Positions 18,853 through 26,519 of a stretch of 64,000 nucleotides of DNA are shown one piece after another. The stretch is from NCBI GenBank assembly GCA_965116485.1, contig OZ220692.1, positions 283,152 through 347,151 of the forward strand, read 5' to 3'. Origin of the DNA: Acidimicrobiales bacterium. Lineage in GTDB: Bacteria > Actinomycetota > Acidimicrobiia > Acidimicrobiales > Aldehydirespiratoraceae. Under the pieces are notes generated by a model that did no database searches, had not been told where the DNA came from, and worked only from the letters and a program-made list of their open reading frames with translations. The position numbers were made by a program, and so were the translations under genes. Position 1 is the stretch's first letter, and each line of letters opens with the position of its first letter.

Positions 18853-19379
18853 CAGGCCGCTTCTCCTGCACCGTCGGCGTGGTGTGAGTCGGCGTGGTGT
18901 GCAGCGACGGCCGGCTCGAGCGCATCGGCCGGGCCTCGGTCTTCCAGTCCCACCCGACGCACCGTTGAGGTGATCGTCCTTTCGGCCGAGGTCGCGCCTG
19001 CAGGGCCGGCCACCTGTTTGAGCGGACCCCATTCGAGCGCTCCGTTGCCGATCAGGTACACGAACGACTCGAACACCGCGAACGAGAAGATCATGATCAG
19101 CACCAGCCCGAACAGGCCGAGTCCGCCCTGGGCGATCGCCCATGGATAGAAGAAGACGATCTCGATGTCGAACACGACGAAGATCATCGCCACCAGAAAG
19201 AAACGGACGGGGAAGCGTTCCGGAGTCTCCCGGGCCGGGATGATCCCGCATTCATAGGGTGCTCCCTTCGGGCCGGTCGGTTTGCGCGGCGCCAGCAGAC
19301 CTGATGCGACAAAACTTCCAGCAGCGAACAGGGCGGCCAGCACGAAGAGCGCAAACAGTGGCAGGTACTGACCGATCAT
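18852..19379 (-). CDS. nuoA: NADH-quinone oxidoreductase subunit A with a C-terminal extension
   Basis: 3-TM NuoA core ([39 protein letters not shown]), followed by about 50 extra residues. Confidence 0.9.
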   Translation of the reverse strand: MIGQYLPLFALFVLAALFAAGSFVASGLLAPRKPTGPKGAPYECGIIPARETPERFPVRFFLVAMIFVVFDIEIVFFYPWAIAQGGLGLFGLVLIMIFSFAVFESFVYLIGNGALEWGPLKQVAGPAGATSAERTITSTVRRVGLEDRGPADALEPAVAAHHADSHHADGAGEAA

Positions 19380-19382
19380 GAG

Positions 19383-20462
19383 CTATCCCGACCCTTTGTT
19401 GAACTCGGCTACGCGGGCCATCACTACTTTGTCCCGTTCGTGGAGCATGTAGCACAGAGCCAGGAAGATCAAGAGCGACCCGAGCGTCACCAGCGCCGGG
19501 ACCAGCCGGAGGTTGCCGAGGTTGCGGATCATGACCACCGAGACGACCGGTTCGTCGGGGTTGGCGATCGGGCGCTTGGGGGCCTGGCCGGGAAGGTTGT
19601 CGATCGACTCGGGCAGAACCGCCTGCATCTGCACGATTCCGTAGCGGGTCGGATGCTTGAGGGTCAGCGCGGTGCGAATCTGGGTTTCGATCCGGTCCCA
19701 ACGGCTCGGGTCCGAGGGCAGGCCGCGCTTGCCGCCGATGGTGAACGAGTCGAGGATCTTGAACTCGTTCTGGGAACTGAACGAGAAGTCGCCGCTGGCG
19801 AGCAGCATGGCGATTGCCGATGCCTGGGCTTCGCCTGCCTGGGCTGTCGACAGCAGCGTCCAGCCGCCCAGGGAATCGTCGTCCTGGTTGATCAAGCTCG
19901 GGGCGACGGCGGCCAGCTCGCTCAGTGTCGTCGCCCGGTTCTTGGCGTATTCCTCTTCGGCCAGCGCCTCTTGTTCTTGGCTTGTCAGGCCAGCGGTCGC
20001 ATCAGCCGTGAGGTCAGCGACGGTGACGACCCCGAACTCTTCGTTCGCCACTTCGATCTCGGCCCGCAGCTCGGGGTCCGTCACGCTGCCGAGCCCCGCG
20101 TGGGCTTCGACCACCAGATCGTGCGCGGTCGGCAGATTCTCGGATCTGAGCAACTCGGCTTCGTCGAGCGCGGCGAAGTTCAAATGCCCCTCGCCTCCGA
20201 ACCCCTCGACTATCTCCACTTGCTCCCAGCGGGGTGCGTCGCCGCGGTAGCCGATGCCGTAGATCCACCAGATCGCCGCCATGATCACCATCCAGCCGAA
20301 GAACCCGGCGAGCGCGATGAGCGTGCCCAGGCGTATCCCGGAGTTGGTGGCGAGCAGGAGCCATACCGAACCCATGAGCACCACGACACCGGTGAGAACC
20401 GCCAGGAAGCCCCGGATCTCCGGGTCCCAGGCGAGGCCTGCGATGAGATCAACCGCCTCCAT
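19383..20462 (-). CDS. unassigned membrane protein between the cytochrome c gene and nuoA
   Basis: 359 aa. Three N-terminal TM helices and one C-terminal TM flank an acidic soluble domain. ATG overlaps the upstream stop (TGATG) and the stop lies 3 nt before nuoA. No family recognised. Confidence 0.7.
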   Translation of the reverse strand: MEAVDLIAGLAWDPEIRGFLAVLTGVVVLMGSVWLLLATNSGIRLGTLIALAGFFGWMVIMAAIWWIYGIGYRGDAPRWEQVEIVEGFGGEGHLNFAALDEAELLRSENLPTAHDLVVEAHAGLGSVTDPELRAEIEVANEEFGVVTVADLTADATAGLTSQEQEALAEEEYAKNRATTLSELAAVAPSLINQDDDSLGGWTLLSTAQAGEAQASAIAMLLASGDFSFSSQNEFKILDSFTIGGKRGLPSDPSRWDRIETQIRTALTLKHPTRYGIVQMQAVLPESIDNLPGQAPKRPIANPDEPVVSVVMIRNLGNLRLVPALVTLGSLLIFLALCYMLHERDKVVMARVAEFNKGSG

Positions 20463-21781
20463 CAGAGGTTCCTCTCGTAGGCGACGATGGCGTCGATCTG
20501 TTCCGCTGTGAGCGTCGCCGGGTAGGGGATTTCGAGGTCATTTGCGATACCGGGCCCGATGGCGTCGCTCTCGACTCGGGGTCCGAAGCCTGGCATCTGT
20601 CCGTTGCCGCCCGATCCGCCTCGTCCGTATGTCGATCCGATCGTCTGACCCTGCTCGATGAACTCGGCGTGGCTCCTCGACGACTCGAATTGGGCCAGGG
20701 TCGAGCCGCCCTGCAGGTTGGGCCCGAAGAACCCGCCGGCCTGGTTGAGCCCGTCTTTGAAGTCTTCGATGGGCTCGTCTCGCCCGTTGACGCGCATGGT
20801 CATCTCCTCGGCTCCACCGAAGCTGAATCCATAGGTGTGGCAGCGTGCGCAGCTGTAGGTTCCGGCGGTTCCGGGGTTGGCGAACAGCAGTTCACCGTAT
20901 GTCTTGTATTGCTCCCAGGCGGCCGGATCGAGTCCCTCACCGCTGACCAGAATGTCGAGTGCCGCCCATCTCAGGTCCTCCGTGTTCTGGGCCAGTGCCA
21001 GCGAAGCGTCCTGTGTGATTGCCACTTGCCGGGCTTCTTCGGCCACCGCTCGGGCGTCTTTTGTCCATTGTTCCGCGTCCTGCTCGGTCGCCTCCTCGCC
21101 CGAAGCGGCGAGATGGGCACGTACCGCTTGCAGCACTCCCGCTTCGACTTGATCCGCGATGCGTTCCGGGGTGATCTGGATGCTCCGCAGGTAGAACATC
21201 ACCTCTTCGAGTTGTTGATCAGTGAGCGGACCGCCACCGGGGCCGCCCCACGCGGGCATCACTCCGTTGCGGCCGTAGTTGAGCGTGTGCAGTACCTCAT
21301 CTTCTGAGAAGCGCGAGAACACCGTGTTGAGCGCGGGAGCGTCCCAGGAGACTTGGGCGATGAACTCTCCCGATTCGGAAGTCAGTGCCACGCTGGTCGA
21401 TCCGCCGGTCCCGTCGGCGCCGTGGCAGGTGACGCACTGGGCGCCTTCGAGGTAGATCTCCTCGCCGCGGTTGGTGAATATGCGGGCGGTGTCGACGTCT
21501 CGTCCGGCTTGACGCCCCGGTTCACCGAGCCAGTACAGAGGGAGCGACACGCCGATGATTGTGAGCATCACCAGGTTGGCGCCGAGCGCGAAGTCGAGGC
21601 GCTTGCCTTCGAGGTCTTCGTCGCGGACGTCGTCGCGGCGATTCGCGGCGAGTTCGATCTCGGAGCCGACCTCGCCCTTGGCGGCTCGGATGTTGAAGAA
21701 CAGATAGACGAGTCCACCGATGAAGACGATCGCCAAAATGACGAAGCCGATGGTTCGCTGGGTGGAAGCGGCGAGCAGCAT
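20462..21781 (-). CDS. membrane-anchored diheme cytochrome c (QcrC-like)
   Basis: N-terminal TM helix. Two CXXCH motifs (CVTCH, CARCH). Directly downstream of the Rieske gene. Confidence 0.85.
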   Translation of the reverse strand: MLLAASTQRTIGFVILAIVFIGGLVYLFFNIRAAKGEVGSEIELAANRRDDVRDEDLEGKRLDFALGANLVMLTIIGVSLPLYWLGEPGRQAGRDVDTARIFTNRGEEIYLEGAQCVTCHGADGTGGSTSVALTSESGEFIAQVSWDAPALNTVFSRFSEDEVLHTLNYGRNGVMPAWGGPGGGPLTDQQLEEVMFYLRSIQITPERIADQVEAGVLQAVRAHLAASGEEATEQDAEQWTKDARAVAEEARQVAITQDASLALAQNTEDLRWAALDILVSGEGLDPAAWEQYKTYGELLFANPGTAGTYSCARCHTYGFSFGGAEEMTMRVNGRDEPIEDFKDGLNQAGGFFGPNLQGGSTLAQFESSRSHAEFIEQGQTIGSTYGRGGSGGNGQMPGFGPRVESDAIGPGIANDLEIPYPATLTAEQIDAIVAYERNL

Positions 21782-21799
21782 AAGGACGCAGAGAGGTTA

Positions 21800-22684
21800 C
21801 TAGTGGCTGGCTTGACCGATGCAGTTGGGCCCTTCGGCTTCCTGCCCGGTGGTGTTGATCCCGATGGCGGGGCCTTGGATGATTGTTCCGGTGTCGACGG
21901 TGAGAGAGCCGTCGACACCGATGGACATGGCGAAGCGGTCCATGCCCCGGGGTGCCGGGCCGCCGCGTTTCTCACCCACCTGGTTGTATTGAGAGCCGTG
22001 GCACGGGCACTCGAACCATTGCGAGGTGCCGCACTCAGGTACCCGGCAACCGAGGTGCGGACATTTCTGGTAGAGCGCCACAACTCCGGCGTCGAGTCCG
22101 AGGGTGAACCCGGCTTCCATTCCGGCCAGTTCAGGACCCGAGTACACGGCTCGGGCCTTCTCGACGGCGCCGTTGGGATATTCGGTGATCCACATGCGGC
22201 CGTCGGCCCGGTACAGGAACCCGTTGTTGTTGCGGATTTCGGCGAGGATGTCGGAGACGAGCCCGACTTTGATGGCCGACCCGAATCCGCCGCCGATCTG
22301 CGGCCAGAGGAAGGCGATGCAGGCGACCCCGAAGCCCGACAGGCCGAGGCCGAACATCAACACGATCGACCGGTTGAAGAACTGGCGGCGGGTCACTCCG
22401 AGGGTCTCGGGGTCCGGCGGCACGTAGGGGGCCGGCGGAGCGGGCAGGCGACTTGCCAGCACGAGTTCTCTGCTCGCGGCTTCCCGTTGAGCGACCACGG
22501 CCTTCTCGACCTCACGCCCGGTGAGCTCGTTGGCGGGGTCGAGCGAGTCGCTGTCTTTGTCGCGTTTTCGGGTCTCGCGTGACAGCATGCCGACGGCTTC
22601 GGAGTTCTGCCTGCCGCGCATGGCCGCGAAAGTTGAGAGCACGACTAGCGCGCCCAACACGATGATGGCGATCGTGATCGTCAT
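21800..22684 (-). CDS. Rieske [2Fe-2S] subunit of a Rieske/cytochrome b complex
   Basis: CPHLGCRV and CPCHGSQY boxes. N-terminal TM segments. RRQFF twin-arginine-like motif. Confidence 0.92.
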   Translation of the reverse strand: MTITIAIIVLGALVVLSTFAAMRGRQNSEAVGMLSRETRKRDKDSDSLDPANELTGREVEKAVVAQREAASRELVLASRLPAPPAPYVPPDPETLGVTRRQFFNRSIVLMFGLGLSGFGVACIAFLWPQIGGGFGSAIKVGLVSDILAEIRNNNGFLYRADGRMWITEYPNGAVEKARAVYSGPELAGMEAGFTLGLDAGVVALYQKCPHLGCRVPECGTSQWFECPCHGSQYNQVGEKRGGPAPRGMDRFAMSIGVDGSLTVDTGTIIQGPAIGINTTGQEAEGPNCIGQASH

Positions 22685-22866
22685 GGGGTGCTCGCAGGGG
22701 CGTGTGGTGCGGTTGTTGCAGGCGGCTCAATCAACAGAGTGTTGGACATCAGAGTGTTGGACATCAGAGTGTTGGACATCAGAGTGTTGGACATCAGAGT
22801 GTTGGACAACAGAGTGTTGGACATCGGAGTGTTGGACATCAGAGTTCGATCACAGTTCTTGATCAC
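22681..22866 (-). CDS. repeat-encoded 61-codon bridging ORF ((M/L)SNT(L/P) pentapeptide repeats); translation unproven
   Basis: The GTG start shares GTGA with the stop of the subunit IV gene. Its TGA shares ATGA with the Rieske ATG. The body is the 15-bp minisatellite. Confidence 0.35.
   Translation of the reverse strand: MIKNCDRTLMSNTPMSNTLLSNTLMSNTLMSNTLMSNTLMSNTLLIEPPATTAPHAPASTP
22735..22846. repeat. 15-bp minisatellite (7 full units plus a partial) between the subunit IV and Rieske genes
   Basis: + strand unit CAGAGTGTTGGACAT at 22735, 22750, 22765, 22780, 22795, 22810 and 22825. Followed by GATCACAGTTC twice (22848, 22861). Confidence 0.95.
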
Positions 22867-23654
22867 AGTTCGAAGAAGAGGCCGGCTTCCCAGGGGAAGA
22901 CGAAGTTGAATCCGGGTCCCCGGAAGAACGAGCCGATCATCACCAGCACCGCCCAGAACATGAGGTGGATGGTCATCAGCGAGATGGCGAACTTGCGGTC
23001 CTCGGGTTTGTTGGACGGGTTCTTGTCGATGTAGGGGGCGAGAATGAGCAGGAAGATGCCGATGCCGGGGATGGTCACACCCGCGACCATCGGATGGAAC
23101 ATCGTCAGCAGCTCCTGCAGGCCCAGGAAGTACCAGGGTGCTTTCGACGGGTTGGGCGTCTCGTTGAAGTTGGCGAGCTCCAGCAGCGGCGCGTTCACGA
23201 AGATCGAGAAGATGGTTGAGAAGGCCGTGATGAACAGGGCTGCCGCGAATTCGACCACGAGCAGATGCGGCCAGACATGCACTTTGTCCTGGGGCATCGA
23301 TTTGACGTCCTGGATCGAACCGGACTTGACGACTGTCAGCAGCCGCTGAGTGTGCCCGCCCGGCCCGGTCGCCGCCGGCGCGGCGGCTGCGGTTGCGGCG
23401 GCTGCCGCGGCGGCGGGTGCAGCGGGAGTTGCCGCTGCGGGTTCGTCGGTCTGCGGTCCAGCTGCGGCTTTGGCCGCCCTGGAGCGCTCGAGCAGATGCG
23501 CCGGAATCTTCGAGGCCGCTTCCTTCTGTGCTTCGGTCATCTCGGGCTCACCGCTTGCTGCAGCGTCGCCGCCGGCCGCGGCTGCTTTGGCAGCCTCAGC
23601 TTTGGCACGGGCCTCTTCTGCTCGTTTGCGAAGGTGTTCGGGGACTTCAACCAT
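22863..23654 (-). CDS. cytochrome b6f subunit IV-like protein (C-terminal half of a split cytochrome b) with an Ala-rich N-terminal extension
   Basis: PetD-like core (KAPWYFLGLQELL in place of PEWYF, 3 TM). About 110 aa of N-terminal extension starting MVEVPEHLRKRAEEARA. GGAGA lies 7 nt before the ATG. Confidence 0.85.
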   Translation of the reverse strand: MVEVPEHLRKRAEEARAKAEAAKAAAAGGDAAASGEPEMTEAQKEAASKIPAHLLERSRAAKAAAGPQTDEPAAATPAAPAAAAAAATAAAAPAATGPGGHTQRLLTVVKSGSIQDVKSMPQDKVHVWPHLLVVEFAAALFITAFSTIFSIFVNAPLLELANFNETPNPSKAPWYFLGLQELLTMFHPMVAGVTIPGIGIFLLILAPYIDKNPSNKPEDRKFAISLMTIHLMFWAVLVMIGSFFRGPGFNFVFPWEAGLFFEL

Positions 23655-23673
23655 CTTCTGATCTCCTCACGAC

Positions 23674-24471
23674 CTACAGCGGGCCCGAGATGCCGCCGTC
23701 TTTTCGCACCCGCCAGAAGTGGATCGCCATGAAGATGACGGCCACGAACGGGAGCATGAGGACGTGCAACACGTACCATCGCAACAACGTGTCTGTTCCG
23801 ATATCGAACCCTCCGAGCAGCACGAAACGAACTTGGTCACCGAACACGGGCGTGTAGCCCATCATGTTGGTTCCCACAGTCACAGCCCAGAGGGCAAGCT
23901 GGTCCCAGGGCAGCAGATAGCCGGTGAACGACAGCAGCAGCGTCAACGTGAGCAGGATAACGCCGATCACCCAGTTGAACTCGCGCGGCGGTTTGTAGGC
24001 CCCGTGGTAGAAGACCCGTGCCATGTGCAGGAACACGGTCAAAACCATGAGGTGCGCGGCCCATCGGTGCATGTTGCGCACCAGCAGTCCGAAGGTGACG
24101 GAGGTCTGCAGGGTGTAGATGTCGTCCCAGGCCGCGGCTGCGGTCGGGCGATAGAAGAACATCAGGAAGATCCCGGTGATGGTCAGCAGGATGAACAGGA
24201 AGAAGGTGAGCCCGCCGAGGCAGAGGGTGTAGGAGACCTTCACGGCGTGACGCTTCACCTTCACCGGGTGGAGGTGGTACATCACGCTGTTCATGATCAC
24301 GTAGCTGCGGTTGCGGGGGCTGTCGGTGTAGCCCTTGCGGAATATCGACCCGGGCCTGAAGATCGAGCTCCAGGCCTGGCTGCCTTGTATGTCGTTGCCA
24401 AGCTTCGACATCTGTGCCGACAACCGCTCCTTGAGCGGTGGTTTGATGTCGTCGTCGGTGTCAATTGCCAT
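23674..24471 (-). CDS. cytochrome b6-type cytochrome b (N-terminal four-helix half)
   Basis: ORF 23674..24612 trimmed to the ATG at 24471 (AGGAGAG upstream). Collinear with plastid cytochrome b6 as recalled from memory: YTLCLGG (b6 YCLGG), RNMHRWAAHLMV, GYLLPWDQLALWA, ending VRKDGGISGPL as b6 does. Confidence 0.9.
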   Translation of the reverse strand: MAIDTDDDIKPPLKERLSAQMSKLGNDIQGSQAWSSIFRPGSIFRKGYTDSPRNRSYVIMNSVMYHLHPVKVKRHAVKVSYTLCLGGLTFFLFILLTITGIFLMFFYRPTAAAAWDDIYTLQTSVTFGLLVRNMHRWAAHLMVLTVFLHMARVFYHGAYKPPREFNWVIGVILLTLTLLLSFTGYLLPWDQLALWAVTVGTNMMGYTPVFGDQVRFVLLGGFDIGTDTLLRWYVLHVLMLPFVAVIFMAIHFWRVRKDGGISGPL

Positions 24472-24500
24472 GTGTTCAGTCTCTCCTGCGTTGCCCGGTT

Positions 24501-24917
24501 CTAGCCGAGGCGCATTCCGTATCCGTAGCCGTGGGAATTGGTTCGCTGGTGGGCGTCGCCTTCTACCGAGGGATCTCCGATTTTGCCCATGATGATGACG
24601 CCGGTCGGGCAACGGTCGACGCAGAGCGCGCAGCGTGTGCAGACGTCGTCGTCGATCGTGAAGATCACATGGTCGCTCGGGTCGAGGCCCGGCTGCTCGG
24701 TGCCGATCGCTTCATCGATGGCGTCCGGACGCACCATGTGGATGCACTTCCATGGGCAGATGTCTACACAGCCTTCGCACATGATGCACTCGGACTGGTC
24801 GATGTGGATGAACTGCTTGGGCTTGACCGCCGCGCTGAGCCAGGCGGCATCGACTTCCTGCAGCACGTAGTCGTCGCGGAACTCCGGCATCGGCGGGTTC
24901 GCGTCGGTTGTGGTCAC
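24501..24917 (-). CDS. 2x[4Fe-4S] ferredoxin-like protein
   Basis: ORF 24501..25415 trimmed to the GTG at 24917, which overlaps the upstream stop (GTGA). Motifs CIMCEGCVDICP and CTRCALCVDRCP. Confidence 0.8.
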   Translation of the reverse strand: MTTTDANPPMPEFRDDYVLQEVDAAWLSAAVKPKQFIHIDQSECIMCEGCVDICPWKCIHMVRPDAIDEAIGTEQPGLDPSDHVIFTIDDDVCTRCALCVDRCPTGVIIMGKIGDPSVEGDAHQRTNSHGYGYGMRLG

Positions 24918-25366
24918 AGCGACGAACCCTCCTTCACCAGCGGACGACCGAAGGCCGAACGTGCGGGGGCGGTCTCTGCGGGCTTGGAGCCTCTCGACTG
25001 CCAGACCTTCCAGAGCCAGACGTTGCCGACCAGAACGATGCCGTAGATCAGCACCGCGATGATGTGCTCGATGTGCAGGTAGTTGATCGTCAACGGGTTC
25101 CAGCCGCCGGCGGGTTGCGGCTTGAGGAAACCACCCCAGCCGATGAAGTACTTGTCGCTGCGCCAGGCCAGTTCGTTCTCCGCCCAGGTGAGCCATTGAT
25201 GGGGCACGACACCGTAGGCCATGAACAGCAGGAAGAACACGAACATCGCGCCGAACATCGCTTCGCCCCAGGTGTGGGGAGCGTCCACGGGGCGCCGCTT
25301 CGCGTACGCGAGGATTCCACCGGTGCCAGCGAGAGTAACGATGACAGACAGGGTTAGGGCAACCAT
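24914..25366 (-). CDS. small 3-TM membrane protein, first gene of the respiratory cluster
   Basis: ORF 24914..25738 trimmed to the ATG at 25366 (GGAGCGGAG upstream). Hydrophobic segments MVALTLSVIVTLAGTGGILAY, MFGAMFVFFLLFMAYGVV and IIAVLIYGIVLVGNVWLW. No family recognised. Confidence 0.65.
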   Translation of the reverse strand: MVALTLSVIVTLAGTGGILAYAKRRPVDAPHTWGEAMFGAMFVFFLLFMAYGVVPHQWLTWAENELAWRSDKYFIGWGGFLKPQPAGGWNPLTINYLHIEHIIAVLIYGIVLVGNVWLWKVWQSRGSKPAETAPARSAFGRPLVKEGSSL

Positions 25367-25587
25367 CTCCGCTCCGTTGGAGTCTTGACTCTGAGTACTT
25401 CGTGAATCCTCGCACAAGTGTAGTCCCGAGCGACGAAACCGCTCAGTTGGGCGCACGGTTCTTCTGAGATTCCGCTCGGGTTTGTCGAATCTCGGGGCAA
25501 TCGCTCTATCCTTCCCCGAAGTTCCTCTAGAGTTTGACGCGCCGAGCGGCAAACCCTTCTCAGTTCTGACCCTCACCGGAGACGACG

Positions 25588-26436
25588 TTGGTCGAAGTAC
25601 CCGAGCACCTTCTACAGAGGTCCGCCGAGGCACGCGCTCGCCTCTCCGGTGAACCCGCCGCCGCCGACGCCCAGACCTCACCCGCAGGCGCGCCGGCCGC
25701 CGCCTCCCCCGCTGTTCCTGCGGCACCCGCCGCCCCACCGGTTCCAGCCGAACCGGTGGTCGAAGTTCCGGTACCCGTCCCGGACTATGTGACCGCAGCG
25801 CTGAGTCGCAAGACGATCCCCTATTGGGTCATGCCGGTCCTGTTGTTCCTGCCGATCTGGGCGATCTACTACGTCGGTTACCTTGAACGGCCTCCCGCAG
25901 ATCCCGAGGGTCTGTTGTTCGAGGGTGGCGAGGTGTATGCCGAGGTGTGTGCGTCGTGCCACGGCGGTACCGGCTCGGGTGGCACGGGCCGCCAGCTCAA
26001 CGGCGGAGAAGTGCTGCTGACGTTCCCAAGCGACGCGGCCGGTTACGACGGTCTTGCCGGCCATATCGCCTGGGTCGCGAACGGTTCGGACCAGACCGAG
26101 ATCACCGAGGGCTCCGTCTACGGCGATCCGGCCCGAGTCGGGGCCGACAGCCCCCGTACGGTCGGCAGCTTCGGCGCGGCGATGGGGAATTTCACCGAGT
26201 CTCTGACTGTGGAGGAATTGGCCGCGGTCGTCTATTACGAACGTGTCGCTCACGGTGATCTCGACAACGAGACTGCCGCCCTGGAGCTCGAGGTGCTCGA
26301 GGAGTTCGTCCACATCAACGATGCCGCCGGTGTCGGCAACCTGGCTCTGGGCGTGTCTGTGGCCGAGGTCAGCGCCCAACTCGACGAGGCTCGTGCGGTT
26401 GTCGCGGCTGCGCACGACGAGGTCGCCGCCGGTTAA
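25588..26436 (+). CDS. membrane-anchored monoheme cytochrome c
   Basis: TTG start 5 nt after GGAGA. N-terminus MVEVPEHLLQRSAEARA, Ala/Pro linker, one TM helix, CASCH heme motif. Confidence 0.8.
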   Translation: MVEVPEHLLQRSAEARARLSGEPAAADAQTSPAGAPAAASPAVPAAPAAPPVPAEPVVEVPVPVPDYVTAALSRKTIPYWVMPVLLFLPIWAIYYVGYLERPPADPEGLLFEGGEVYAEVCASCHGGTGSGGTGRQLNGGEVLLTFPSDAAGYDGLAGHIAWVANGSDQTEITEGSVYGDPARVGADSPRTVGSFGAAMGNFTESLTVEELAAVVYYERVAHGDLDNETAALELEVLEEFVHINDAAGVGNLALGVSVAEVSAQLDEARAVVAAAHDEVAAG

Positions 26437-26519
26437 GCGCTGCGATCTGGGAGAATTGTCAGCGGCGCGGGCGCGACCGGTGCGACAATCTTCTGAGCAG
26501 AACTAGCCGAGGGAGTTCG

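Noticed and set aside
22521-23034. Plus-strand ORFs across the 15-bp minisatellite (ECWTS, VLDIR and SVGHQ repeats)
   Set aside because: They are antisense to the operon direction, have no coupling to neighbours, and overlap the subunit IV gene. Only the minus-strand bridging ORF has meaningful junctions.
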